Sequence record: PP526941.1
Source of the DNA: Escherichia phage vB_EcoM_ECO78
Length of the DNA: 64,000 nt
Direction: 5' to 3' (one strand)
Shown: in pieces, positions 1-11,642 of the stretch
Layout of the letters: each line of letters begins with the position of its first letter
Numbering within the stretch: the first letter of the stretch is position 1
The notes under the pieces: model-generated
Databases searched by the model: none
What the model was told of the DNA's origin: nothing
What the model saw: the letters and a program-made list of their open reading frames with translations, nothing else
Program-made: the position numbers and the translations under genes

Positions 1-484
1 CCTCTATAATATCGTCTTGAGAAAGACCATTAATTAAAATATGATGTTCAGCAGGAGATTTAGAAATTTTAAAGCATGCCTCAACATCTTCTGCCATATC
101 CGATGCACTACGATTTGGATTACTAATTCCAAGACGATGTTTTCCTGTCAAAGGATTAACGATGATATAGCATTTGCAGCTATTGATATGAACATTGGGT
201 TGAGTCTGATTAATGAATACTTCGCACTCATACTTAGCGAGTTGATTTTCTAAAAAGACTTTCATCTCCTCAACCGCATCAGGAAGCATATCACGGGCTT
301 GCTCAAGACGACGATTTCGATATTCTTTAATGGTCGTTTTCCGCTTAACTTGCTTAGCTAAATCTTTCTTAAGATCGGTGATATATCCAACTCGACGATT
401 TCCTTTGAATACAGAAATCCCATCTGTAGTATCACCGTATGCTTCAACGACCATTTCAGTAGTAATAAGCTGCAAATCCATCAT
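1..484 (-). CDS. alc: Alc (host transcription shutoff protein), truncated by the left window edge
   Basis: Minus-strand frame from ATG at 484 reads MMDLQLITTEMVVEAYGDTTDGISVFKGNRRVGY..., matching T4 Alc as I recall it. SD GAGGA upstream. Absent from the ORF track because incomplete. Confidence 0.7.
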   Translation of the reverse strand, partial: MMDLQLITTEMVVEAYGDTTDGISVFKGNRRVGYITDLKKDLAKQVKRKTTIKEYRNRRLEQARDMLPDAVEEMKVFLENQLAKYECEVFINQTQPNVHINSCKCYIIVNPLTGKHRLGISNPNRSASDMAEDVEACFKISKSPAEHHILINGLSQDDIIE

Positions 485-512
485 AAAGTCCTCATGTTAT
501 GTCAGTAAGACT

Positions 513-542
513 ACTATAACACAACACGATGGACTTGTAAAC
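513..542 (-). promoter_or_regulatory. early sigma70-type promoter upstream of alc
   Basis: Minus strand reads GTTTAC-18nt-TATAGT. Spacer AAGTCC is complementary to GGACTT in the alc SD region. Confidence 0.4.
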
Positions 543-545
543 AGC

Positions 546-2133
<1,588 letters not shown>

Positions 2134-2160
2134 AATAAAATGGGCCTTGCGGCCCACTCC

Positions 2161-3339
2161 TTAAAAGTATTTTTTAAAACTCATCATAACTTTATCATCA
2201 ACATCATTATCAATCTGTGCAACAAGGTAAGATGACAGTTCTACTTCTTGTGGCGCGGATTGAACATTATCAGAATTAAGATATTCACGAATCCAAGGAT
2301 ATGGATGTTTAACCGGAGCATCGGTAATTGGGCATGGAAGACCACACTGTTTCATACGAGATACAGTTAAGTAATCAATAAAGCTCCACATGCTATTTGT
2401 ATTTAATCCAGGAACATCGCCATCTTTAAATAAATGAACTGCCCAATCTTTTTCTTGACGGTTAACTTCCATGAAAATATCAACTGCTTCTTGTTCACAC
2501 TCTTGGGCAATTTTAACCCATTCATCGCCATCAGTGCCAAGTTGAAGTTGACGAATAATATATTGGGTGCCCTTAAGGTGTAGTTGTTCATCGCGAGCAA
2601 TGAACTTCATAATCTTGGCATTACCTTCCATGATTTCCATATTCTTGTGGAAGTTAAAGGTGCATGCGAAAGATACATAAAAACGAATAGCTTCTAAGGC
2701 ATTAATAACGTGCAAACAGAGGTAAAGAGATTTCATTAGCTCACGCTTCCAATATGTCTCATGCTCAATAGCATCTTCAATAATGTCTTCGTCTGCATTA
2801 ATTTCTTTTTGGTATTCGATATCAGCTTTAGCGTTTTCCCAATAACGAGTTTTAATCAGAACATCATCATAATAACGTCCAATGGATTCAGCACGTTTCA
2901 TAATAGCTTCATCTAATACAATTTCATCAAATACCTTCGATGGATCAGTATAAAGATTTCGCATGATATGAGTATATGAACGACTGTGAATAGTTTCACT
3001 AAAAGTCCATGTAGCAACCCATGTATCAAGACTTGGGTCTGAAATTAATGACATAAGTACGGCAGACGGCGCACGACCCTGAATGCTATCCAAAAGTGAT
3101 TGATACTTCAGGTTGTTAGTAAAAATATTTTGCTGGTACTGAGGAAGCTTATTAAACTGTGCAGCATCCATCATCAAGTTTACTTCTTCAGGACGCCAGA
3201 AAAATGACAATTGCTTTTCGGTTAAATCTTCAAAAACTTTATGGCGTTGAATATCATAACGCGCAATACCAAGACCTGAACCGAAGAACATAGGTTCTTT
3301 TAAAACATCAACTGGATTTGTATTAAAAACTGTGCTCAT
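2161..3339 (-). CDS. nrdB: ribonucleotide reductase beta subunit, uninterrupted
   Basis: 392 aa, MSTVFNTNPVDVL...; ATG at 3339; one continuous ORF. Confidence 0.9.
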   Translation of the reverse strand: MSTVFNTNPVDVLKEPMFFGSGLGIARYDIQRHKVFEDLTEKQLSFFWRPEEVNLMMDAAQFNKLPQYQQNIFTNNLKYQSLLDSIQGRAPSAVLMSLISDPSLDTWVATWTFSETIHSRSYTHIMRNLYTDPSKVFDEIVLDEAIMKRAESIGRYYDDVLIKTRYWENAKADIEYQKEINADEDIIEDAIEHETYWKRELMKSLYLCLHVINALEAIRFYVSFACTFNFHKNMEIMEGNAKIMKFIARDEQLHLKGTQYIIRQLQLGTDGDEWVKIAQECEQEAVDIFMEVNRQEKDWAVHLFKDGDVPGLNTNSMWSFIDYLTVSRMKQCGLPCPITDAPVKHPYPWIREYLNSDNVQSAPQEVELSSYLVAQIDNDVDDKVMMSFKKYF

Positions 3340-3390
3340 AAATTTTCCGCTTAGTTAATAGATAGTGACTCGTCCATGAGTCAAATTATA

Positions 3391-5655
3391 TCATAATTTA
3401 CAGGATGAACAATCTTCAGCTTTTGGAGTTTCTATTTCATAATCATCAGTACCAGAACCGTCACGGGTATTATGATAATAGAAATTTTTTCCGCCAAAAT
3501 ACCAAAAATACAAAAGGTCATCAATCATTATTGACATTGGAACCTTTCCTTTTGGAAAAATCTGCGGGTCATAATATGTATTTGCTGAAGCTGATTGACA
3601 TACCCATTTCAGCATAATAGCTACCTGTGTAAGATAAGGTTTATTGCCTTTCTTAGCTAATTTCCACGTATAATCATAGAGGTCTATGTTATGTTCAATA
3701 TTGGGCACGACTTGATTAAAGGAGCCCTCTTTTGATTCTTTAACAGAGACTGGTCCACGTGGAGGCTCGATACCGTTTGTACTGTTAGAAACTTGGGAAG
3801 ATGACTCACATGGCATAAGTGCTGATAATGTGCTATTACGGATGCCAAAGAGCTTAAGGTCTTCCCGCAGCGACGACCAGTCACAAACGTATTTTGGAGC
3901 TGCGATTTGGTCAATCTTTTTATTGTACCAGTCGATAGGTAATTCGCCTCGAGACCAACGAGTGTCTGAATAATATTCGCAAGGTCCTTTTTCTTTGGCG
4001 AGCTTAATGGATGCTTTAATGAGTCCATACTGTAATCTCTCAAATAGTTCATGTGTTAAATCGTTAGCATCTTCATAAGAAGCAAAGTTACTTGCCAGCC
4101 AAGCTGCATAGTTAGTAACACCTACACCGAGGTTACGACGCTTTTTAGCTTTTTCTGCTTCAGGAACTGGATATCCTTGGTAATCCAAAAGATTATCAAG
4201 AGCACGAACTTGAACTTCTGCCAATTCATTAATTTTATCTTGGTCTTGCCAATCGAAGTTATCCAACACAAACGCAGATAACGTACACAATCCAATTTCG
4301 GCATCAGGGCTATTCACATCATTTGTTGGAATAGCAATTTCACAGCACAAGTTACTCTGACGAATAGGTGCCTTTTCACGAATAAACGGAGTGTAGTTAT
4401 TCGTATTATCAATGAACTGTACATAAATCCTTGCTGTTCCTGAACGTTCAGTCATGAGCAATTCAAACAGTTCACGGGCTTTAATACGCTTTTTACGAAT
4501 ATTAGGGTCTTTTTCTGCTGCTTCGTATAATTCGCGGAAACGGTCTTGGTCTTTAAAATAAGAATAATAAAGCTCGCCACCCATTTCATGCGGACTGAAC
4601 AAAGTAATGTAATCGTTCTTTCCAAAACGTTCCATCATCAAATCATTCAGCTGAACACCATAATCCATATGACGAATGCGGTTTTCTTCTACGCCTTTGT
4701 TATTTTTCAAAACGAGAAGATTTTCAACTTCCAAATGCCAAATAGGATAATAAGCAGTAGCAGCGCCGCCACGAATTCCACCCTGTGAACATGATTTAAC
4801 TGCGGTCTGAAAATGTTTCCAAAAAGGAATAACACCAGTATGGCGTACTTCACCCATGCCAATCTTAGAACCTTCGGCACGAATCATACCAACGTTAATA
4901 CCAATTCCAGCACGTTTGGAGATATATTCAACAATCGAAGCGGAAGCCTTATTGATAGACTTCAATGAATCACCTGCCTCAATAACAACGCATGAACTAA
5001 ACTGCCGAGTTGGAGTACGACAACCAGCCATAATAGGAGTTGGCAATGAAATCTGTCGAGTAGATACCGCTTCATAAAAACGGATAACATGTTTTAATCT
5101 ATCAACAGGTTCATCTTGATGCAATGCCATTCCAATAGCCATAAATGCAAACTGCGGAGTTTCATAAATTTGACCAGTGGTTTTATCTTTAACTAAATAT
5201 TTTTCTTTTAATTGCATCGCCCCGGAATAAGTAAATTCCATATCCCGCTCGTGCTTAATTTTTGATTCTAAAAATGTAATTTCTTCTGCTGAATATTTTG
5301 ACAATAATTCAGGGTCATATTTACCTTCATTTACACAATAAGAAATATGGTCAATAAATGAACGTGGTTCATACTGCCCGTAAACATGTTTACGAAGAGC
5401 AAACATTAAACAGCGTGCAGCTACATATTGATAATCAGGTTCTTCAACCGAAATAGAATTCGCAGCGGCCTTAATGACAATAGTCTGAATATCATCAGTT
5501 GTCATTCCATCACGGAGATAAGATTTAATGTTTTCATATAATTCATAAGGATCTACTGATGTTCCCTCAGCTGCCCAAGATAAAACTTTAATAATTTTTT
5601 GTGGGTCAAAGCTCTGAGAAACACCACTACTTTTGATAACATTAATTAATTGCAT
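3391..5655 (-). CDS. nrdA: ribonucleotide reductase alpha subunit
   Basis: 754 aa with ATP-cone N-terminus and class I RNR catalytic core; SD GAGGA before ATG at 5655. Confidence 0.9.
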   Translation of the reverse strand: MQLINVIKSSGVSQSFDPQKIIKVLSWAAEGTSVDPYELYENIKSYLRDGMTTDDIQTIVIKAAANSISVEEPDYQYVAARCLMFALRKHVYGQYEPRSFIDHISYCVNEGKYDPELLSKYSAEEITFLESKIKHERDMEFTYSGAMQLKEKYLVKDKTTGQIYETPQFAFMAIGMALHQDEPVDRLKHVIRFYEAVSTRQISLPTPIMAGCRTPTRQFSSCVVIEAGDSLKSINKASASIVEYISKRAGIGINVGMIRAEGSKIGMGEVRHTGVIPFWKHFQTAVKSCSQGGIRGGAATAYYPIWHLEVENLLVLKNNKGVEENRIRHMDYGVQLNDLMMERFGKNDYITLFSPHEMGGELYYSYFKDQDRFRELYEAAEKDPNIRKKRIKARELFELLMTERSGTARIYVQFIDNTNNYTPFIREKAPIRQSNLCCEIAIPTNDVNSPDAEIGLCTLSAFVLDNFDWQDQDKINELAEVQVRALDNLLDYQGYPVPEAEKAKKRRNLGVGVTNYAAWLASNFASYEDANDLTHELFERLQYGLIKASIKLAKEKGPCEYYSDTRWSRGELPIDWYNKKIDQIAAPKYVCDWSSLREDLKLFGIRNSTLSALMPCESSSQVSNSTNGIEPPRGPVSVKESKEGSFNQVVPNIEHNIDLYDYTWKLAKKGNKPYLTQVAIMLKWVCQSASANTYYDPQIFPKGKVPMSIMIDDLLYFWYFGGKNFYYHNTRDGSGTDDYEIETPKAEDCSSCKL

Positions 5656-5972
5656 AAGTCCTCAACTTGAAAATCGTCTTTAAACAATCGGTTAACTATA
5701 TGAGCTATTATATCACCATGACACGGCTTTGGTTTACATGTGCATCCTAGCCTCATTCCACGTAAAGGCTCTAAATGTGCTTTAGTTATTTCTCCGGATT
5801 TAATTCGACGTATAAAATCTTTTTTGAATAATTCAATGGCAGCCTCCCGGCTGCCAGCATCTTTACCGACGTAATTTCCCCAAAATGTACCACGGTGAAT
5901 ATTAACATCAAAGTCGGATTTGTATTTATTCACTACCCGGCATAGACGGCCCGGTTGGTAATAATTCTTCAT
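5646..5972 (-). CDS. nrdA.1-like small protein with C-x-C...C-H-G-D motif (DUF4326-like)
   Basis: 108 aa; motif [15 protein letters not shown]; overlaps nrdA start by 10 nt. Confidence 0.55.
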   Translation of the reverse strand: MKNYYQPGRLCRVVNKYKSDFDVNIHRGTFWGNYVGKDAGSREAAIELFKKDFIRRIKSGEITKAHLEPLRGMRLGCTCKPKPCHGDIIAHIVNRLFKDDFQVEDLCN

Positions 5973-6189
5973 ATTGTTTTTCCGTTAAAACAGTAATATC
6001 GTAGTAACAGTCAGAAGAAGTTTTAACTGTAGAAATTTTATTATCAAAATACTCACGAGTCATTTTATGAGTATAATACTTTTTACCATAAATGATAATA
6101 GGTTGTTCTGGTCCTGGAACTTCTAACTCACTTGGGTTAGGAAGTGTAAAAAGAACAACGCCAGAAATATCTTTAAATCGTAAAATCAT
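5926..6189 (-). CDS. hypothetical protein (nrdA.2 position)
   Basis: 87 aa ORF packed between td and nrdA.1. Confidence 0.45.
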   Translation of the reverse strand: MILRFKDISGVVLFTLPNPSELEVPGPEQPIIIYGKKYYTHKMTREYFDNKISTVKTSSDCYYDITVLTEKQYEELLPTGPSMPGSE

Positions 6190-7046
6190 ATTGCCATTTT
6201 CCCTTTAATTGCTGGATGCGATTCATAATTTTCAAGGATAAAATCTTTCGGTTTCATGTATTCAGTTAACCAGTAAAGCTGTGTTTCGGTGTCACAATTT
6301 CCAAACTCTATAGGCCAATCAATTTTAAGTTCACATAGTTCTTTAGGCTCACGACGTAAAATTTCTTTACATTGCTCAGTATGATTCATATAGATGTGAG
6401 TATTACCACCAGAAAATATCAAATCTCCTGGGATAAGATTACACATCTTAGCCACAATATGCGTCAAGGCAGCGTACGAGGCAATATTGAATGGCAAGCC
6501 CAAGAAAACATCTACACTTCTTTGGTACCATTGTAAATCAAGATAACCATTACGCACATTAAACTGATAGAACATATGACAGGGCGGTAATGCCATTTGA
6601 TTGATTTCAGCTGGATTCCATGCTGAAACGATTTGACGTCGATCAGTTGGTAATTTTTTAATACGATCAATAGTTTCAACTAATTGATCCACACCACCGA
6701 AATCACGCCATTGTTTACCGTATATAGGACCAAGTTCACCACTATGATATCCTAGGTCTTTAGCCTGGTTTTCATAGTTATCGTCCCAAATAGTTTTACC
6801 TTGAATAAGACTACCATGAGTGCGAAGACGTAAATCATTAACATTGGTAGAACCGGAAATAAACCATAGAAGCTCAGCAATGCATGCATTCCAGGCGAGC
6901 TTCTTAGTCGTTACTGCAGGAAAACCTTTAGTTAAATCCCAGCGTAATTTAGTACCGAACAAAGCAATTGTTCCTGTGCCCGTTCGGTCATCGGTTTCAT
7001 AGCCGTTTTCAAGAATGTCTTTAATTAAATCTTGGTATTGTTTCAT
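6186..7046 (-). CDS. td: thymidylate synthase, uninterrupted
   Basis: 286 aa, [17 protein letters not shown]..., TS motifs; one continuous ORF; ATG at 7046. Confidence 0.9.
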   Translation of the reverse strand: MKQYQDLIKDILENGYETDDRTGTGTIALFGTKLRWDLTKGFPAVTTKKLAWNACIAELLWFISGSTNVNDLRLRTHGSLIQGKTIWDDNYENQAKDLGYHSGELGPIYGKQWRDFGGVDQLVETIDRIKKLPTDRRQIVSAWNPAEINQMALPPCHMFYQFNVRNGYLDLQWYQRSVDVFLGLPFNIASYAALTHIVAKMCNLIPGDLIFSGGNTHIYMNHTEQCKEILRREPKELCELKIDWPIEFGNCDTETQLYWLTEYMKPKDFILENYESHPAIKGKMAI

Positions 7047-7090
7047 TTAGCACCTTATATAAATTATAATACATTTTATGAAGCTAATAA

Positions 7091-7438
7091 TCAATACGGT
7101 TTAGCATCAAATTTTCTTTCAATTTCAGGCGTAAAATACAATTCTTTACCACGCTTGGAAAAGCGACCAATAATATGATAATTATTCTCATCAAACGTGA
7201 TATTGCCGATATCCATAGCTTTCAACCAAATATCGATATTTCTGTCAAGCTTTATATCAAAATTCCAATATGGAGAACTATTACCAAAAATACTACAAGC
7301 GGATTCAGTGAAACAACTGCTATAAATCTTGTCTTTAGGAACTACTAATTGATAGACACCTTTAATAAACTGAGGACCCTGCCATTTTGGTTGTTTCGCG
7401 TCTTTTTCTAATAGAATAGGGTAATAATTAAAATTCAT
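7091..7438 (-). CDS. hypothetical protein inserted between frd and td
   Basis: Track ORF 7091..7450 starts at GTG; first ATG at 7438 (MNFNYYPILLEKD...). I recognise no family. Confidence 0.45.
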   Translation of the reverse strand: MNFNYYPILLEKDAKQPKWQGPQFIKGVYQLVVPKDKIYSSCFTESACSIFGNSSPYWNFDIKLDRNIDIWLKAMDIGNITFDENNYHIIGRFSKRGKELYFTPEIERKFDAKPY

Positions 7439-7458
7439 ATTTTCCGCCACGTGTTATT

Positions 7459-8285
<827 letters not shown>

Positions 8286-8295
8286 ATTATTTTCC

Positions 8296-8538
8296 TTAAA
8301 CAGACTTTTTCACAATTTTCCAATCAACTTTAAACTGCTCGACGTCAGAATGGTAAATCCAGAATCCTGCGCTTTCTCCGTCTTCATAAAGAGGACATCC
8401 ATCGCATTCATCTTCCCACCCCATATCGCGTAAAAGATGTTCAGCTTTTTCAACAAGTTCAGAATCTTTACCAATGATATTAAAATACCATTTACCTCTA
8501 ACTTCTGAATCTTTGATGCTCTGACGCTGTAATCTCAT
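8296..8538 (-). CDS. hypothetical protein (frd.2 position)
   Basis: 80 aa; SD AAGGAG before ATG; early promoter immediately upstream. Confidence 0.45.
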   Translation of the reverse strand: MRLQRQSIKDSEVRGKWYFNIIGKDSELVEKAEHLLRDMGWEDECDGCPLYEDGESAGFWIYHSDVEQFKVDWKIVKKSV

Positions 8539-8563
8539 TTTATTCTCCTTAGTTGATAGGGTA

Positions 8564-8593
8564 ATAGTATCACACTACTACCCTTCTGTAAAC
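8564..8593 (-). promoter_or_regulatory. early promoter (GTTTAC-18-TACTAT family)
   Basis: Minus strand GTTTAC agaagggtagtagtgtga TACTAT followed by conserved TACCCTATCAACTA; spacer AGGGTA complementary to TACCCT at +2..+7. Confidence 0.45.
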
Positions 8594-8973
8594 TACTTTT
8601 TGAAAGTTTTTCGCAAAAGTTCAATGATTTCGTCGACGTTATTTTCGTCTACAATGCAGTGAATTTTTGTTACGCCAGAAACCTTGTCTTCGATTTCATC
8701 TTCTTCAGAAGTCGGTTCTTTATATTCACGAAAACAATGAAATTCATCTTCACAAATTTCTAAAAGTCTATCTTTGAGGTAAAAATGCTTTCCATTTGCG
8801 CATTCAATGTGTTTTACTGCTTTATATCCATTAGCGACGGAAACTTCTTTAACTTCAAACCATCCGCCATTATCTCGAATGGCTTTAACTATTGATGAAT
8901 TAGAACGTGGGCTATAATTAATAAATGTATCAATAAGTCTTGGAACAAGTTCATACTTTTTACCGGTATACAT
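8593..8973 (-). CDS. hypothetical protein
   Basis: 126 aa ORF with acidic C-terminal half. Confidence 0.45.
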   Translation of the reverse strand: MYTGKKYELVPRLIDTFINYSPRSNSSIVKAIRDNGGWFEVKEVSVANGYKAVKHIECANGKHFYLKDRLLEICEDEFHCFREYKEPTSEEDEIEDKVSGVTKIHCIVDENNVDEIIELLRKTFKK

Positions 8974-9017
8974 TACGTTTTCCTCATTTTAATAGGGGCT
9001 TGATAGCCCCTTGATAA

Positions 9018-9245
9018 TTACTGTTCAATAAATCCTGTGTAAAATTCTACATCTTCAGCATCCATACCGTCGCAGTATTCATTAACCATAAACTGTTTAA
9101 GACGATCTAAAGGACCTTCAATAACAACTGAAACATTACAATTAGGATCATTTAGTGCGCTTATGATACTAAGTTCAGGATAACGATTACGAATAATTTC
9201 TTCAATATATTCAAAATCAACAACATCAATATCAATTTTAGCCAT
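9018..9245 (-). CDS. hypothetical protein (frd.3 position)
   Basis: 75 aa acidic ORF downstream of the gene 32 terminator/promoter. Confidence 0.45.
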   Translation of the reverse strand: MAKIDIDVVDFEYIEEIIRNRYPELSIISALNDPNCNVSVVIEGPLDRLKQFMVNEYCDGMDAEDVEFYTGFIEQ

Positions 9246-9288
9246 ATTATTTTCCTCTTTAATTATCAGCAGTATTGCCGATAGTTGT

Positions 9289-9318
9289 ATAGTACCACAG
9301 TATGCTTTGGTTGTAAAC
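9289..9318 (-). promoter_or_regulatory. early promoter (GTTTAC-18-TGgTACTAT), part of a 69-bp near-identical repeat
   Basis: Minus strand: A/T-rich UP-like tract, GGTTTAC, 18 nt, TACTAT, then ACAACTATC. Confidence 0.5.
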
Positions 9319-9342
9319 CGTTTTGTGAAAAATTTTTAAAAT

Positions 9343-9368
9343 AAAAAAAGGGGACCTCTAGGGTCCCC
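9343..9368 (-). terminator. rho-independent terminator after gene 32
   Basis: Minus strand GGGGACCC-UAGA-GGUCCCC followed by U7. Confidence 0.6.
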
Positions 9369-9390
9369 AATTAATTAGTAATATAATCTA

Positions 9391-10299
9391 TTAAAGGTCA
9401 TTCAAAAGGTCATCCAGGTCCGTGTCATCAGCACTAGATGAACTGCCAGAGCTTGAGCTCATAAAATCATCTTCAGTTTTTGTATTGAAGTCATCAACAT
9501 TGAATGCATCCAAATCATCAGCAACTTTATCAGCTTTCTTAGCAGCAGTTGCTGCGGCCCCGCCCATCACAGCAGTTCCCATGACTTGACCGAATTTAGT
9601 GCTCAGTTCTTCAAACGATTTGAATTTATCTTTAGAAGTCATTTCAGAAAGGTCAACCATTTGTTCGAACAGTTCTTTCTGGAAAGATTCATCGTCAATG
9701 TTTGGAATCGCAGATTGATTCAGAAATTTAGATTCATCGTAGTTACTAAATCCAGAAACTTGTTTAACTTTCAGTACAAAGTTAGCACCTTCCCACGGAC
9801 AAGTTACATCAACCGGAGTTTCACCCATTTCAACATCAACTGCAATCATTGCATTGATTTTATCCCAAATTTTCTTACCGAAACGGTATTTAAATACTTT
9901 ACCTTCATTTTCTGGAGCAGCTGGGTCTTTTACAACAAGAATGTTAGCCCAGTAAGAAGTTTTACGTTTAACAAGACTGTACTCTTTATTGTCAGTGTTG
10001 TACAGATCATTTTTACTGATGTATTGACATACTGGGCAAGAATCGTAATCACCGTGGGTAGATGAACAGTTTTCAATATACCATTTACCATTTTTCTTGA
10101 AACCGTGATTTACAAGAATTGCGAATGGTGCTTGTTCATCATTTTTAGACGGAAGAAAACGAATTACTGCTTGACCGTTACCCGCATTGTCGAGTTTCAG
10201 TTTCCACTCGCCTTTATCTTCAGAAGAAAAACCACCTTTATTTCCAGCCAGTTTAGCCATTTGTGCAGCGAGTTCAGCAGTAGATTTACGTTTAAACAT
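9391..10299 (-). CDS. 32: ssDNA-binding protein gp32
   Basis: 302 aa, [50 protein letters not shown]..., acidic Ser/Asp-rich C-terminus. Confidence 0.95.
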   Translation of the reverse strand: MFKRKSTAELAAQMAKLAGNKGGFSSEDKGEWKLKLDNAGNGQAVIRFLPSKNDEQAPFAILVNHGFKKNGKWYIENCSSTHGDYDSCPVCQYISKNDLYNTDNKEYSLVKRKTSYWANILVVKDPAAPENEGKVFKYRFGKKIWDKINAMIAVDVEMGETPVDVTCPWEGANFVLKVKQVSGFSNYDESKFLNQSAIPNIDDESFQKELFEQMVDLSEMTSKDKFKSFEELSTKFGQVMGTAVMGGAAATAAKKADKVADDLDAFNVDDFNTKTEDDFMSSSSGSSSSADDTDLDDLLNDL

Positions 10300-10366
10300 T
10301 TTTATTTCCTTTTTAATTTAATTAACAGTTGGTGCTATGACGATGTATGACCTCATAGCTGGTCAG
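10300..10366 (-). promoter_or_regulatory. gene 32 translational operator (pseudoknot hairpin plus A/U-rich leader)
   Basis: mRNA reads GCUAUGA-GGUCAUACAUCG-UCAUAGC (7-bp stem) then UUAAUUAAAUUAAAAAGGAAAUAAAAAUG, the classic gp32 autoregulatory leader. Confidence 0.7.
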
Positions 10367-10382
10367 TGAGATAATTATAATC

Positions 10383-10390
10383 TATTTATA
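10383..10390 (-). promoter_or_regulatory. late promoter TATAAATA upstream of gene 32
   Basis: Exact TATAAATA on the minus strand. Confidence 0.4.
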
Positions 10391-10398
10391 ATAAGCAA

Positions 10399-11052
10399 TT
10401 AATACTTACAAGATTTCACAGTTTCAATGAAAACATTTTTAGCTTTCTGTGAATCAATATTTAAAATTTTTCTATAAGCCTTTAACTTTATAGAATAATT
10501 ATTCCAGACTAAATTATCAGTCTGTTCATCATGTTTATCAATTATATTTAAAAATGAATCAAGCAAGATAAACGTCTCAAACGAAATTATGTTCGATTGC
10601 AGAAGTTTAAAAATATAACTTGACTGAACTTTTGGATTATATTCAAAGATTTCTTTAAAAGCAGAAACTTCAACTTTTTTACTAAAATAATAAATGTTGC
10701 GAATATCTTCTTCAAACTTAAATTTAATTTGCTTTAAGCGTCCGATATATTCACGATAAAACACAAGTGCATCAGCGTCAGAGATGTCACCAATCCAAGC
10801 ATCTTGGTTAGCAACCAAATTGCTTATAAAGATTAAAGCAAGTTCCTTTAATTTATATTTTTCTGATAACTTCTGGAAAAAATACTTATCCCTTCGCTTT
10901 TGATAAGCGGCATCAGACACCCGCATGCACCAATTATACTTAATAACATCATACTTTCCATTCATATGTTGTTTTATCATTAAGTATAATTTATAAACTG
11001 ATTTACCATCAATGTATCTTTCACCACCAGCAGGCATGCGGAGTTTAATCAT
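10399..11052 (-). CDS. 59: helicase loader gp59
   Basis: 217 aa, MIKLRMPAGGERYIDGKSVYKLYLMIKQHMNGKYD... Confidence 0.9.
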   Translation of the reverse strand: MIKLRMPAGGERYIDGKSVYKLYLMIKQHMNGKYDVIKYNWCMRVSDAAYQKRRDKYFFQKLSEKYKLKELALIFISNLVANQDAWIGDISDADALVFYREYIGRLKQIKFKFEEDIRNIYYFSKKVEVSAFKEIFEYNPKVQSSYIFKLLQSNIISFETFILLDSFLNIIDKHDEQTDNLVWNNYSIKLKAYRKILNIDSQKAKNVFIETVKSCKY

Positions 11053-11387
11053 AGTAGAAAATCTAATGTATTAGTTTTTTCACAACGAACAACAGAAGGA
11101 CGTAAAAGATTTTCGTCAATAGCTTCTGACTGAATTTTTTCAATTATACCCGAAGGAATAAATTTAGCAAATTGAGTTTCAGGAATAGAGTTTTCTTCCA
11201 AGAATGCTGTCGTAGCTTCAAGATAACTCATTCCAAACTCTTCTACCATTTTTTCAATAATAAATCCATTTTCTTGACGATCAAGAAGCTTTGCTATTTC
11301 ATCCTTTTCTTTCTTGATTGAAAGTTCTTTTTCTGAAAGACCGGTCTCATCGACCGGACGAATATCATTTAGAGAAAACTGTGTCAT
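11049..11387 (-). CDS. 33: late transcription co-activator gp33
   Basis: Track ORF with short extension; T4-like start MTQFSLNDIRPVDETG at 11387. Confidence 0.85.
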   Translation of the reverse strand: MTQFSLNDIRPVDETGLSEKELSIKKEKDEIAKLLDRQENGFIIEKMVEEFGMSYLEATTAFLEENSIPETQFAKFIPSGIIEKIQSEAIDENLLRPSVVRCEKTNTLDFLL

Positions 11388-11634
11388 AAAGTTCAACTAC
11401 CTCTTCAGTTTCAGCTTCAAACACATCACGGTTATCTTTATGATACAAAGCTAACAGACGATTAAACATCTTACCATCAACGCCAAGTTCATCTTTGGCA
11501 CGAATTCGAATATCTTTAATCAATTCATTATAACCAGAAATTTTCAGTTTATGATCAGATGCTTCTTTAATAAATTTAGCCAAGTCTTCGCCATGGATAG
11601 CTTCATCAAATTCAACCATTTCTTTTTTAGCCAT
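11365..11634 (-). CDS. dsbA: dsDNA-binding protein DsbA
   Basis: 89 aa, MAKKEMVEFDEAIHGEDLAKFIKEASDHKL... Confidence 0.85.
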   Translation of the reverse strand: MAKKEMVEFDEAIHGEDLAKFIKEASDHKLKISGYNELIKDIRIRAKDELGVDGKMFNRLLALYHKDNRDVFEAETEEVVELYDTVFSK

Positions 11635-11642
11635 TATTCACC

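Noticed and set aside
6186-7046. Group I introns in td and nrdB
   Set aside because: Both genes read as single ORFs of full expected length with no internal stop-rich insert.
9270-9330. Plus-strand sigma70-like reading of the repeat (TTGATA-17-TATGCT)
   Set aside because: Present only in two copies, whereas the minus-strand GTTTAC-18-TACTAT reading is conserved in all family members and points toward the minus-strand genes.
9586-10350. Plus-strand ORFs 9586..10065 and 10105..10350 (Phe/Asn-rich)
   Set aside because: Antisense to gene 32 and its leader; the composition is a mirror of the A-rich coding strand.
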